DNA of 64,000 nucleotides from Candidatus Latescibacterota bacterium (GCA_965204745.1 OZ242010.1:1056001-1120000); one strand, 5' to 3'; positions 1-10,438 are shown, counted from the first letter of the stretch. Program-made: numbers and translations. Notes: generated by a model from the letters alone, not told the origin.

Positions 1-37
1 CCACCCTGCCCCAAGCGATCAGCAAAACAAGTTGCTC

Positions 38-63
38 GTAGGGACAGGCTCCTGTGCCTGTTC
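38..63 (+). repeat. GTAG-type REP palindrome (family copy)
   Basis: GTAGGGACAGGCTCCTGTGCCTGTTC: GTAG followed by an imperfect hairpin; related copies at 22820, 29387, 57107, 58766, 61112 and 62406. Confidence 0.65.
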
Positions 64-100
64 TCGCACTCGGCGTAGGCAGTCAAACTGGAGAACACCC

Positions 101-1564
101 ATGAACCAACCCAATGTCATTGTCATCATGAGCGATCAGATGAAGGCCACGGCCAGTCATTTGTACGGTAGCGCGTTTTGCCAAACGCCATCTTTGGAGC
201 GGATGGCGAATGAGGGCGTGTTGTTTGAGCACGCGGTGACGCCCCATCCCCTGTGCGTGCCGTGCCGCGTGTCGTTTTGGACCTCGCAGTTTCCACACTC
301 GCACGGTGGGCGGCGCAACCAGACCTTGATGCCGGGAGATGCGTGCCATGCGTTTAAGCTGTGGAAAGCCGCGGGCTATCGGTGCGGCCTGATCGGAAAA
401 AACCACTGTTTTGAGCAACAAAGCGATCTCGACTTGTTCGACGTGTGGTGCGAGATTTCCCATGGGGGCTTGCCCCGCGATGCCGCGACAAAGGGGATGG
501 ACTGGTTTCGACCCATTGAATCGATCCGCGCGGCGCACGCGGTGCGGAGAAATATGCCGGAGATCAGCCCGCAGTTTTCTCATGCGGTCAGCGATTTCCC
601 GCTCGAGGATTATTCGACTGGGCTTGTCGCGGGCCAAACCGTGCGGTTTTTGGAGCAATTTGGCGATGCGCCATTCGCGCTGTGGGTGTCCATTCCGGAT
701 CCGCACACGCCTTACGAATGCCCCGAACGCTATGCCATTGCCCCAGGTGACGTGGTGATGCCGCCGTGGCGCGCAGATGAATACACCGATGGCACGGCGC
801 CCGAGCGCAATCGCGTGTTGCACGCCATGCTCGGCATCGAGGGCGATCCCATCGAACACGTCAAGGGTTGCGTGGGCGTGTACCACGGGATGGTGCGGTT
901 TTTGGACGATGGCGTGGGGCAGATTTTAGACGCGCTGGACCGCCTGCACCTGCGCGACAATACGATTGTGATTTTCTGCTCTGATCACGGCGATTTTTCG
1001 GGCGAACACGCGCAAATTTCCAAAGGGGGCGCGTTTTACGATTGCCTGACGCGCGTGCCCCTCATCGCGTCATGGCCAGGGCACATCCCGCAGGGCGCGG
1101 TGGATGCGAGTTGCGTCAATTTGATCGATATCGTGCCGACTGTGTTGCAGTTGCAGGGCCTCGACATCCCGCGTTCCATGCACGGGAAGGGCTTGCCCAC
1201 AGTGACGGACGCGGCGCCGAGGGACGCGGCATTTTCCGAATACGGCGCGGGCGGCCCGGAATTTACGATGGCTGATTTGGAACGGATCGAGAAGCCCTGG
1301 GGGCGCAGGGCTATCGGGCGATCCCTGCAATGGCGCGAGGCCGAGGGCCGCCGCAAGATGGTGCGGACAACCGCGTGGAAATACGTACACGACCCGATGG
1401 GGGATCGGGATGAATTGTACGATTTGGTGAACGACCCATGGGAATTGCACAATGTCGCAACAAACCCCGATCACCGCGACGTGATCGCCGACTTGCAACG
1501 CAGACTCGCGGACTGGAGCATCGAGACAGAGGATGCGAGACCCGTTCCAATGCCGACGGCATAA
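101..1564 (+). CDS. Formylglycine-dependent sulfatase (choline-sulfatase/arylsulfatase-like)
   Basis: PNVIVIMSDQ N-terminus, CVPCR (CxPxR) motif, GKNH, SDHGD, ELYDLVNDPWE; GGAG RBS before ATG 101. Confidence 0.93.
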   Translation: MNQPNVIVIMSDQMKATASHLYGSAFCQTPSLERMANEGVLFEHAVTPHPLCVPCRVSFWTSQFPHSHGGRRNQTLMPGDACHAFKLWKAAGYRCGLIGKNHCFEQQSDLDLFDVWCEISHGGLPRDAATKGMDWFRPIESIRAAHAVRRNMPEISPQFSHAVSDFPLEDYSTGLVAGQTVRFLEQFGDAPFALWVSIPDPHTPYECPERYAIAPGDVVMPPWRADEYTDGTAPERNRVLHAMLGIEGDPIEHVKGCVGVYHGMVRFLDDGVGQILDALDRLHLRDNTIVIFCSDHGDFSGEHAQISKGGAFYDCLTRVPLIASWPGHIPQGAVDASCVNLIDIVPTVLQLQGLDIPRSMHGKGLPTVTDAAPRDAAFSEYGAGGPEFTMADLERIEKPWGRRAIGRSLQWREAEGRRKMVRTTAWKYVHDPMGDRDELYDLVNDPWELHNVATNPDHRDVIADLQRRLADWSIETEDARPVPMPTA

Positions 1565-1586
1565 GGCGATCAACGAGGAATATAGC

Positions 1587-3623
1587 ATGGCGAAACGGAA
1601 AAGGACGCGCCGCGGAATACCGCTTGCGGCTAGAAGCGGTCAACGACATGTCTCTCGGCGTGACCGCAGGCGGGCGATTTTGAGAGACGCGAAGATTCAA
1701 CGCCGTTCACACAGCGTTGAATCGCGCACATCGAGGCGGCAGATGACGCGGTGGGACATCCTGGGCGTTCTCGCGCTCGGCCTGTTGGTAATCGTCAGCT
1801 ACTTTCCCGCCTTCCGCGCCGGTTTCGTCTGGGACGATATCGTATTCACCGGGTCCGCGGCGGTTCGCGATGTGGCTGGCCTCTCGCAAATCTGGTTCTC
1901 TCCGAGCTCGATTGAGGGCGAGGGCCACTACTGGCCGTTGATCTATTCGACTTTCTGGTTAGAGCACAAACTATGGGGATACGACCCGGTCGGCTATCAC
2001 ATTGTCAATGTGGTCTTGCACTTGGTCAATACGCTGTTGCTGTGGTGCTTGTTGGCCCGGCTAACGGTGCCCGGTGCCTGGGTCGTCGCGGCAGTGTTCG
2101 CGGTGCATCCGTTGCATGTCGAGTCCGTGGCTTGGGTTATGGGGCGCAAAGACCTGCTCTCCGCCCTGTTTTATCTCGCCGCGTTCTATGCCTATACGCG
2201 CTTTGTGGAAGAAAGGTCGGGCTGGGGCCCCTACGTTCTCGCTCTGTCGCTGTTCGCGCTGGGCATGTTGTGCAAATCCATTGTCGTCACGCTACCGGTG
2301 GCGTTGTTGCTAGGGCACTATTGGAAGCGGGGCCGAATAACAGGTGCAGACGTGCTCGGGCTGATGCCCTTCTTTGCGGTGGGATTGGGCATGGCGGTTG
2401 CAGACGTGTCCTACTCCAAAGAGGCGATCTCCATTGGGTATTCGATGCTCGAACGGGTGCTCATCGCGGCGCACGCGCTGTGGTTCTATCTCGGCAAGCT
2501 CTTGTGGCCGGGCGGCCTGATCGTCATCTATCCCCATTGGGAGGTGAGCGTCACAGATCCATGGGCATGGGGCTATGTCGTCGCCGGTTTCGCGGTGGTT
2601 GCGGCACTCTACCGCTTTCGGCATCGGATCGGGCGCGGGCCACTGGTGGGCGCGCTGTTCTTTGCGGTGACGTTGTCGCCCGTGCTCGGCTTCGTGGACT
2701 ATGGCTACATGCAGTTCTCCTTTGTCGCGGACCGCTACCAGTATCTGGCCGGCATCGGGGTGATGGCGGTGCTCGTCGGCGCAGTTGCCCATGGTGCAGG
2801 CACGGTGCCGGGCACGGTGAAGCTGGGCGTAGGGGCGGCCGCCCTCATCGTCTTGGGAACGCTGACGTGGCAACAGGCCGCCATCTACCGGAATGAAGAG
2901 ACCTTTTTTCGCTACATCATCGCGCACAATCCGACCGCGCGAAATGCCCATCTGAATCTGGGCAAAGCCCTGTTCGAATCCGGGCGCGAAGAAGAAGGGC
3001 TCGCCGCGACCCAAATCGCCGTGGAACTGCGCCCGGATGCCTTTAAGGCGCATTACAATGTGGGCGTCATGCTCATGCACTTGAACCGGTTCGACGAGGC
3101 GGAACACCACTTGCGCCGCACCTTGGCGCTCAATCCAGACTACCTCGACGCGCACTTCAATGCCGGTATGTTGCTCTCGTGGATGGATCGCAGCGACGAG
3201 GCCGAGCAACACTACCTCCGCACATTGGAACTCGATCCGACTTATTTTCAAGCGCATACCAACCTCGGCGCGATGCTCGTAGGGATCGGTCGATTCACAG
3301 ACGCCGCGCGACATCTGCGCCGCGCCTTGGCCCTCAATCCGCACGATGGAAAAGCCCTCCAAAACTTGGCGGTGGCGCAACTGCGGCAGGGGCGTTACGC
3401 CGAGGCACTCGCCCTCTATAAGCGCGTCGTCGAGCGCATGCCCAATGCGCGGGTCTATGCCGATATGGCCACGGCGTTCTACTATTTGGGCCGCATTGAG
3501 GAAGCATTAGAGAGCCTTGACCGTGCGCTGTCTCTCGATCCGACGCTCGAAGACGCACGGGCCAACCGAGAAGCCTTGCGGCAGGCCAAAGCAACCGCAA
3601 CACAGGCGCCTACAACGGAGTGA
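1587..3623 (+). CDS. Multi-pass membrane protein with C-terminal TPRs (TMTC-like GT-C glycosyltransferase)
   Basis: GFVWDD motif, HPLHVESVAWV.GRKD, ADRYQYL, about 11 TM segments followed by TPR repeats; GAGG RBS. Confidence 0.85.
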   Translation: MAKRKRTRRGIPLAARSGQRHVSRRDRRRAILRDAKIQRRSHSVESRTSRRQMTRWDILGVLALGLLVIVSYFPAFRAGFVWDDIVFTGSAAVRDVAGLSQIWFSPSSIEGEGHYWPLIYSTFWLEHKLWGYDPVGYHIVNVVLHLVNTLLLWCLLARLTVPGAWVVAAVFAVHPLHVESVAWVMGRKDLLSALFYLAAFYAYTRFVEERSGWGPYVLALSLFALGMLCKSIVVTLPVALLLGHYWKRGRITGADVLGLMPFFAVGLGMAVADVSYSKEAISIGYSMLERVLIAAHALWFYLGKLLWPGGLIVIYPHWEVSVTDPWAWGYVVAGFAVVAALYRFRHRIGRGPLVGALFFAVTLSPVLGFVDYGYMQFSFVADRYQYLAGIGVMAVLVGAVAHGAGTVPGTVKLGVGAAALIVLGTLTWQQAAIYRNEETFFRYIIAHNPTARNAHLNLGKALFESGREEEGLAATQIAVELRPDAFKAHYNVGVMLMHLNRFDEAEHHLRRTLALNPDYLDAHFNAGMLLSWMDRSDEAEQHYLRTLELDPTYFQAHTNLGAMLVGIGRFTDAARHLRRALALNPHDGKALQNLAVAQLRQGRYAEALALYKRVVERMPNARVYADMATAFYYLGRIEEALESLDRALSLDPTLEDARANREALRQAKATATQAPTTE

Positions 3624-3668
3624 AGCGAGGATGATCGTGCAATCATTTAACAAAGCAGGCAATGGGAA

Positions 3669-5300
3669 ATGGCAAAAGGGAAACGGACAAACAGGACGCG
3701 CCGCAGGTCGCGCTCGGTGTGGGAGGTCGCGCTGCATTTGCAGACGCCAACTGAACCGGTGTGGAAATACCTGTGGCTCGCGCTCGCATTGGCATTTGTG
3801 GCGCGGGCGGGCATCGCGTTGTCGGGCGATTTCATGTTGCATCCCGACGAGATCATGCAATACCTCGAGCCGGCGCACCGCTTGGTCTTTGGCAATGGCG
3901 TTATCTACTGGGAGTTTTTCTACGGCGCCCGTTCATGGCTGGTGCCCGGCTCGGTCGCCGGCGTGCTCGCGCTGTTCGATGGGGTCGGCCTCGGGGAACC
4001 GGGCTGGTACGTCGGCGGGGTTAAACTGATGTTTTGCGCGGTTTCTCTGCTGATTCCGGCGGGGATGTACTTTTTTGCTCGGCAACACTTTGGCGAAACC
4101 GCGGCGCGGGTCGCGTTGATCGCAGGGGCGTTCTGGTACGAGTTGGTCGGGTTTGCCCACAAGCCGATGACCGAGTTCGTCGCGACTGCCGTGGCGATGG
4201 CGTTGCTCGCCTTGTGTGTGCGTCCATTGCGACCGAGGACCGCGTGGCTGGTGGCTCTGCTCGCAGTGCTGGCCGCGGCGATCCGCCTCCAGTACGCGCC
4301 CCTCGCGCTCGCATTGCTCGGCCTCGCTTTTTTTCGTTCTGAAAAGCGTGCGAAAATACACCTCGCGGTCGCTGCGGTCGCGTTCTTTCTCGCGGTCGGG
4401 GTGTTCGACGCGGTGACGTGGAATGCGGGATTGTTTCACTCGTACCTCACCAACATCCATTTCAACCTCGCGCTCGAGGACATGCGATCCGGCAGTAGCC
4501 CGGCGTATCAGTTCTTATCGTGGCTCTTGTTCGCCAGCGGGGGATCGATCCTGCTCTGCGTCGCGGTGGCCCTGCGCGATTGGCGCCGCTATGGGTTCAC
4601 GCTCGCGCTCATCGCCTTGATCCTGCTCATCCATTCCGCAGAGGCGCATAAGGAATACCGCTTCGTCTTTGTCGTCATCCCGCTCTATTTGCTCGTCGGG
4701 GCCGACCTTGTGGCGCGATTCGCCGGGCGTGCGGGCAAGCCGCGTTGGGGATATGGCTTGGTCTGCATCGCGTTCGCGGCGATTTCCCTGGCCGGGATTT
4801 TGAACGCCTTGCCCAAGCAAGACGACGCGTATCGGCTGATTTACGCGCCCGAGAAAGTGCCCGTGCGGTTCCTCCGCGACCAAGATCCGGTGTTCGCCGC
4901 GTATCGCTACCTCGCCAGCACGCCCGATGTCGTCGCAGTCTGGCAGGTGGATCAGGCGTATCACAACTTGCCCGGGTATTACCACTTGCACCGCGAGATA
5001 CCGTTTTACGACGCCATCACAGGACGCAACGCCGGCATCCAAAAGGATGTGACAACGCTGCGCGCATCCGTCAGCCATATCTTGTCCGCAGACCCAAACC
5101 TCGCCGTGCCCGGCTACGTAGTGGCGAAAACGTTTGGCACGCTCCGCATCTTGCGCCGCGAAGATAACGCATCGCCAATTCGACAATGGCAGACCTACAC
5201 CCCGATTATGCCCGACAAGTTTAGCGATCAGATCATGCAACGGATGAATCCCGACATACCACTTCCGCCGGCCAATCACAACATCCGCTTTCGGGAGTGA
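3669..5300 (+). CDS. GT-C glycosyltransferase, Alg9/PIG-B-like (GT22) mannosyltransferase, paralog 1
   Basis: HPDEIMQYLEPAH, WEF..GARSW and HKEYRF motifs; multiple TM helices. Confidence 0.8.
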   Translation: MAKGKRTNRTRRRSRSVWEVALHLQTPTEPVWKYLWLALALAFVARAGIALSGDFMLHPDEIMQYLEPAHRLVFGNGVIYWEFFYGARSWLVPGSVAGVLALFDGVGLGEPGWYVGGVKLMFCAVSLLIPAGMYFFARQHFGETAARVALIAGAFWYELVGFAHKPMTEFVATAVAMALLALCVRPLRPRTAWLVALLAVLAAAIRLQYAPLALALLGLAFFRSEKRAKIHLAVAAVAFFLAVGVFDAVTWNAGLFHSYLTNIHFNLALEDMRSGSSPAYQFLSWLLFASGGSILLCVAVALRDWRRYGFTLALIALILLIHSAEAHKEYRFVFVVIPLYLLVGADLVARFAGRAGKPRWGYGLVCIAFAAISLAGILNALPKQDDAYRLIYAPEKVPVRFLRDQDPVFAAYRYLASTPDVVAVWQVDQAYHNLPGYYHLHREIPFYDAITGRNAGIQKDVTTLRASVSHILSADPNLAVPGYVVAKTFGTLRILRREDNASPIRQWQTYTPIMPDKFSDQIMQRMNPDIPLPPANHNIRFRE

Positions 5301-5384
5301 TTTGCCACAACAGCAGGCCCCTGATTTACACCAAGGGCGCAAATGTCGATATGGTTTAAGTCAGTATCATACAAGGGATGCGGT

Positions 5385-6998
5385 GTGGAGATCGACATCA
5401 AAGTGCAACCCAAAGCGCGGCGCAGGCAACAATCTCGACCACGTTCCGCGTGGGATGTTCTGCTACACCCACAGACGCCGGTTGAACCGGTGTGGAAATA
5501 CCTGTGGCTCGCGCTCGCATTGGCGTTTGTGGCGCGGGCGTGCATCGCGTTGGCGGGCGATTTTAAGTTGCATGCCGACGAGATCATGCAATACCTCGAG
5601 CAAGCGCATCGCTTGGTCTTTGGCAATGGCGTTATCCACTGGGAGTTTTTCTACGGCGCCCGCTCATGGCTGGTTCCCGGCTTGGTCGCCGGCGTGCTCG
5701 CGCTGTTCGATGGGGTCGGCCTCGGGGAACCGGGCTGGTACGTCGGCGGGGTTAAACTGATGTTTTGCGCGGTTTCTCTGCTGATTCCGGGGGGGATGTA
5801 CTTTTTTGCTCGGCAACACTTTGGCGAAACCGCGGCGCGGGTCGCGTTGATCGCCGGGGCGTTCTGGTACGAGTTGGTCGGGTTCGCCCACAAGCCGATG
5901 ACCGAGTTCGTCGCGACTGCCGTGGCGATGGCGTTGCTCGCCCTGTGTGTGCGTCCATTGCGACCGAGGACCGCGTGGCTGGTGGCTCTGCTCGCAGTGA
6001 TGGTTGCGGCGATCCGCCTCCAGTACGCGCCCTTCGCGCTCGCATTGCTCGGCCTCGTTTTTTTTCGTTCTGACAAGCGTGCGAAAATACACCTCGTGGT
6101 CGCTGCGGTCGCGTTCTTTCTCGCGGTCGGGGTGTTCGACGCGGTGACGTGGAATGCGGGATTGTTTCACTCGTACCTCACCTACATTCATTACAACCTC
6201 ACGATTGAGGACCATGCGCGCCGGGGTAGTCCGGCGTATCAGTTCTTATTGTGGCTCTTGTTCGCCAGCAGGGGATTGATTCTGCTCTGCGTCGCATTGG
6301 CCCTGCGCGATTTGCGCCGCTATGGGTTCACGCTCGCGCTCATCGCCTTGATCCTGCTCATTCACTCCGCAGAGACGTATAAGGTATACCGCTTTGTCTT
6401 TATCGTCATCCCACTCTATTTGCTCGTCGGGGCCGACCTCGTGGCGCGACTCGCCGCCCACATTGGCAAATCGGTTTGGATATACGGCGTGACCGGTGCC
6501 ATTTTCTTGACGGTTGCCCTCTCCGGACTCGTGGCGGGGCCCGTCCGTCACATCCGCAAACAGGCTCCGGTCTTTGCCGTGCATCGGTATCTGGCTACCG
6601 CGTCCGACGTCGCAGCGGTGTGGTATGCGGATTGGTATCACTCCTCCCTTCCCGGCTATTACTACCTGCACCGAAAGATACCGTTTTACGACTTGAGCAC
6701 AGAACCTGTACGCAGAAGCGACATCGCTACGGACGCGGCAACACTCCTCGCCTCGGTCAGCCATATTGTGTCTAAAAAACCAAACTTCGTTGTACCCGGC
6801 TATGAGGTGGAACAGACATTTGGCGATCTCCGCATTTTGCGCCGCAAGGAAAACGCACTGCCAGTCCGGCAATGGCAAAACTTCACCCCGATCGTAATCT
6901 CCGATTATACCGATTCGATCATGCAACGGATGGGGCCCGATGTCCCATCGAGGCCGGTCAATCACAACATCCGCTTTGTCGTGCAGGAAAAGGAGTGA
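5385..6998 (+). CDS. GT-C glycosyltransferase, Alg9/PIG-B-like, paralog 2 (tandem duplicate; start uncertain, GTG 5385 or ATG 5343)
   Basis: Near-identical to 3669..5300 over its 5' ~60%; HADEIMQYLEQAH; diverged C-terminal part. Confidence 0.8.
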   Translation: MEIDIKVQPKARRRQQSRPRSAWDVLLHPQTPVEPVWKYLWLALALAFVARACIALAGDFKLHADEIMQYLEQAHRLVFGNGVIHWEFFYGARSWLVPGLVAGVLALFDGVGLGEPGWYVGGVKLMFCAVSLLIPGGMYFFARQHFGETAARVALIAGAFWYELVGFAHKPMTEFVATAVAMALLALCVRPLRPRTAWLVALLAVMVAAIRLQYAPFALALLGLVFFRSDKRAKIHLVVAAVAFFLAVGVFDAVTWNAGLFHSYLTYIHYNLTIEDHARRGSPAYQFLLWLLFASRGLILLCVALALRDLRRYGFTLALIALILLIHSAETYKVYRFVFIVIPLYLLVGADLVARLAAHIGKSVWIYGVTGAIFLTVALSGLVAGPVRHIRKQAPVFAVHRYLATASDVAAVWYADWYHSSLPGYYYLHRKIPFYDLSTEPVRRSDIATDAATLLASVSHIVSKKPNFVVPGYEVEQTFGDLRILRRKENALPVRQWQNFTPIVISDYTDSIMQRMGPDVPSRPVNHNIRFVVQEKE

Positions 6999-7008
6999 GG
7001 GATGCGGT

Positions 7009-7260
7009 ATGGAGATCGACATCAAAGTGCAACCCAAAGCGCGGCGCAACAGCATTGAGATAGATGGCGTGCGCGTGACCGTGCGCGTGACCGCCGCGCC
7101 GGAGAAGGGCAAGGCCAATGAGGCTGTGGTCGCGCTGATGGCGAAACAACTCGAGATTGCCAAGGGCAGGGTGAAAGTGGTGCGGGGGCACAAGGCGCGG
7201 AACAAGCGGCTTTGCATTGATGGCCTGACTGCGGCACAGGTTTTCGCGCACCTCGTTTGA
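7009..7260 (+). CDS. DUF167/YggU family protein
   Basis: IKVQPKA...VRVTAAPEKGKANEAVV...G.KARNK signature. Confidence 0.88.
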   Translation: MEIDIKVQPKARRNSIEIDGVRVTVRVTAAPEKGKANEAVVALMAKQLEIAKGRVKVVRGHKARNKRLCIDGLTAAQVFAHLV

Positions 7261-7285
7261 CGATTCGCGGGCGAGGGTGTATCAT
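7257..7285 (+). promoter_or_regulatory. Sigma70-type promoter for the amino acid symporter
   Basis: TTGACG-N17-TATCAT. Confidence 0.65.
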
Positions 7286-7376
7286 GTAATGTGACCCCTC
7301 CGCGAGGCGAGGAGGGGAGATGTTCTCCTACCCTCCTCGTAGGCACAGACGCAACGAGTAACGCAGGAGCAGGATT

Positions 7377-8783
7377 ATGGATCAATTTATCGACGCGACG
7401 ATGAAGCCCATCGCCAATTTTGTGTCGGCGTTTATCTTTGCCAGCGTCCCTGTATTCGGCACGGAGGTGCCGCTCATCGTCTTTTGGCTGGTCGCGGGTG
7501 GGGTGTTCTTCACCGGCTATTCGCGCTTTATCAATGTCCGCGGCTTTGCCCAAGCGGTCCGCATCGTGTCGGGCCGGTACAAGGATCCAGATGATCCGGG
7601 GGAAATCTCGCAATTTCAGGCCCTCACCACTGCGGTGTCCGGCACTGTGGGCGTGGGCAACATCGCCAATGTCGCGGTGGCGATCTCGTTGGGCGGGCCG
7701 GGCGCGACGTTTTGGATGATCGTCGCGGGCCTGCTCGGCATGTCCACCAAATTTGCCGAATGCACGCTCGGCGTGCGCTACCGCAGGGACAACCCGGATG
7801 GATCGGTCTCCGGCGGGCCGATGTACTACTTGGAACGCGGGTTGGCGGACCTGCACTGCCCAAGGCTCGGCAAAGGGCTTGGGATTTTCTACGCGGGGAG
7901 CATCGTCATCGGCTGCATTGGCATCGGCAACATGTTCCAGTCCAACCAAGCCACCGCGATCTTTCTCACCGTGGCAAACATCGGCTTCTTGTCCGACAAT
8001 GCGTGGCTGGTCGGCGTTGCGTTGGCAATTCTCGTGGGCGTGGTCATCGTCGGCGGGATCAAGTCTATCGCCAATACCACGTCGAAGTTGGTGCCGGCGA
8101 TGGCATTGCTCTACATCGCAATGGCACTGCTGGTCATCGGCCTCAACGCGGACCGCTTGCCCGGCGCACTGGTGGCGATTTGGAACGGCGCGTTCTCTCC
8201 CGAGGGCATAGCGGGCGGCGCGTTAGGCGTGCTCATCCACGGGTTTCGGCGCGCGGTGTTTTCCAACGAAGCCGGGCTGGGCAGCGCGGCTATCGCGCAT
8301 GCGACCGCACGCACGCCAAAGCCGGTAAGCGAGGGATTCGTGGCCTTGCTGGAGCCGTTTATCGACACCGTCGTGATCTGCACCATGACCGGGTTGGTCA
8401 TCGTGACCACCGTGTACGAACCCGCACTCGCCGGTAGCACCGTGAGCGGCATCGAACTGACCACGCGGGCGTTCGCCTCAACGCTCTCCTGGTCGCCCAT
8501 TCCCCTGGCCCTCGCGGCCTTGCTGTTCGCGTATTCCACCATGATCGCGTGGGCGTATTACGGCTTGAAGGCGTTCACCTATCTCGCAGGCGAGGGCCGC
8601 GCAGCGGACTTGGGCTTCAAGGTCTTTTTTTGCGCGTTCGTGGTGATCGGCTCCAGCGTCAACCTCGGCGCGCTGATCGACCTGTCAGACGCGCTGATCT
8701 TCACAGTCGCCATCCCCAACCTGCTGGGCCTGTACTTCCTCGCACCCGTCGTAAAACGCGAACTCGACAACTACGCGCCCTAA
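7377..8783 (+). CDS. Alanine/glycine:cation symporter (AGCS family)
   Basis: SGTVGVGNIA, GGPGATFWM, GGPMYYL, FSNEAGLGS and FIDTVVICT motifs. Confidence 0.93.
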   Translation: MDQFIDATMKPIANFVSAFIFASVPVFGTEVPLIVFWLVAGGVFFTGYSRFINVRGFAQAVRIVSGRYKDPDDPGEISQFQALTTAVSGTVGVGNIANVAVAISLGGPGATFWMIVAGLLGMSTKFAECTLGVRYRRDNPDGSVSGGPMYYLERGLADLHCPRLGKGLGIFYAGSIVIGCIGIGNMFQSNQATAIFLTVANIGFLSDNAWLVGVALAILVGVVIVGGIKSIANTTSKLVPAMALLYIAMALLVIGLNADRLPGALVAIWNGAFSPEGIAGGALGVLIHGFRRAVFSNEAGLGSAAIAHATARTPKPVSEGFVALLEPFIDTVVICTMTGLVIVTTVYEPALAGSTVSGIELTTRAFASTLSWSPIPLALAALLFAYSTMIAWAYYGLKAFTYLAGEGRAADLGFKVFFCAFVVIGSSVNLGALIDLSDALIFTVAIPNLLGLYFLAPVVKRELDNYAP

Positions 8784-8810
8784 ACCTGGTCGCTGGAGGG
8801 GCAAAAAATC

Positions 8811-10309
8811 ATGGGCAATCGGGCTTCACTTTTCGTCGATGGCGGGCTTTCGCCCCAGTTGATCGCGGACTTGCGGCGGCTGAATCCTTGGTGGGAGGGC
8901 GATCCCATGCCCCTGCAACCGAAGACGCGCCGCCACTTGGTCGCACAGATGCGCCGCCGGTTGGACGCGGAGATCGCGCCGATAGTCGCAGTGCGAGGGC
9001 CACGGCAGGTAGGAAAGACGACCGCGCAGTTTCAAATCATTGCGGATTTGCTCGACGAAGGCGTGCCTTCGATGAACATCCTCCGGGTTCAATGCGATGA
9101 ATTGCCCTTGCTTCAAAAAATGGAGGAACCCATTCTCGCCATCTCCGACTGGTTCGAGCAACAGATCGCAAAAAAGCACTTCAACGCACTGGCGCGGGAC
9201 GGACAGAAGGCATATCTCTTTTTTGACGAGGTGCAGAATCTCCAGAACTGGGCAGCGCAACTCAAGTTTCTCGTGGACAATGCCTCGGTCAAGGTCATCG
9301 TCACGGGAAGTTCCGCGTTGCGAATGGGGCGGGACAGCTTGGCCGGGCGCGTCAGCACGGTTGAAGCCGGGGTGCTTTCACTGACCGAAATCGGCGCGTT
9401 GCGCGAGCTGGACGCGCCAAAGCCATTTCTGCCGGACAACGGCCTGAGTTTTCTGATCGACAAGGATTTTTGGCGGGAACTGCGTGCTTATGGGCAGGAG
9501 AATGCGGGATTTGTGCGAGAAGCGTTTCGGCATTTTTCAGATCGAGGCGGGTACCCGATTGTTCACAAACAGCGAGATGTCGAATGGGCTTTGCTCGCGG
9601 ATCAGTTGAACGAAACCGTGATCAAGCGCGTTATCCAACACGACTTGCGCGTGGGCAGTCGCGGGCGTAAACGAGATGCCCAACTGCTCGAAGAACTTTT
9701 CCGCTTGGCGTGTCGCTACGCCGGGCAGACGCCAAGGGTTTCAACGCTCGCAGACGAGGTGCGCCAGGCCCTCGGCGCGAATATCGGCAGCCAGCGCGTG
9801 ACGCATTATTTGAAATTTCTCAGCGAGACGCTTTTGCTCCGCCTGATTCCGCCGCTCGAGATCCGGCTGAAAAGAAAGCGCGGGAGTGCCAAGCTCTGTC
9901 TGGTCGATCACGGCTTGCGCGCCAGTTGGCTACAAGAGCAAATTCCCTTAACAGCCGAAGCACTCGCAAAACGCCCGGAACTCACCCCTTGGCCGGGCAC
10001 CTCGCGGAGAGCATTTTCGGCTCGGTCGCCTCGACCATTCACGGCTTGGACATCGCCCACTTTCCCGGACGCGGAATGGATCGCGAAGTGGATTTTGTTT
10101 TGACCGTTGGGGCGCGACGCTTGCCGGTGGAAATCAAATATCAGCGCAGAATAGACCCCCTTCGGGATACGCTGGGCATTCGGTCATTTCTCGAAAAATC
10201 AGTGAACAACGCCGCTTTTGGCTTGTTGATCGCGCAGGACAATGCCGGGGAGGTAGATGACCCGCGCATCGTGAGCCTGCCGCTTTCAACCTTCATGCTT
10301 CTCAGATGA
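8811..10309 (+). pseudogene. AAA_14 ATPase + DUF4143 protein, split by an apparent 1-nt deletion near 9985-9988
   Basis: GPRQVGKTT Walker A, FFDEVQ, TGSS, GGYP; the C-terminal GHLAES...EVDFV...PVEIKY continues in the -1 frame (ORF ending 10309). Confidence 0.75.
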
Positions 10310-10380
10310 GATATAAGAGGGAAGACAGAAGAGGGGAGAGGCAAGAGGCAAGAGGCAAGAGGGGAGACAGCCACCGCTCC

Positions 10381-10426
10381 AAAAAGTAAAGCCCGAGTTC
10401 ACTGTGAACCCGGGCTTTACTTTTTT
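10381..10426. terminator. Bidirectional intrinsic terminator
   Basis: AAAAAGTAAAGCCCGAGTTC-loop-GAACCCGGGCTTTACTTTTTT between convergent genes; near-copy at 28961. Confidence 0.8.
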
Positions 10427-10438
10427 GTCTTTCGTCGT

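Noticed and set aside
7290-7376. Glycine riboswitch upstream of the AGCS symporter
   Set aside because: The leader is short and consists of a REP-like hairpin; no aptamer motifs
6246-7949. Long antisense ORFs (also 47867-49375, 38505-39704, 36446-37618)
   Set aside because: Shadows of well-supported genes in GC-rich DNA
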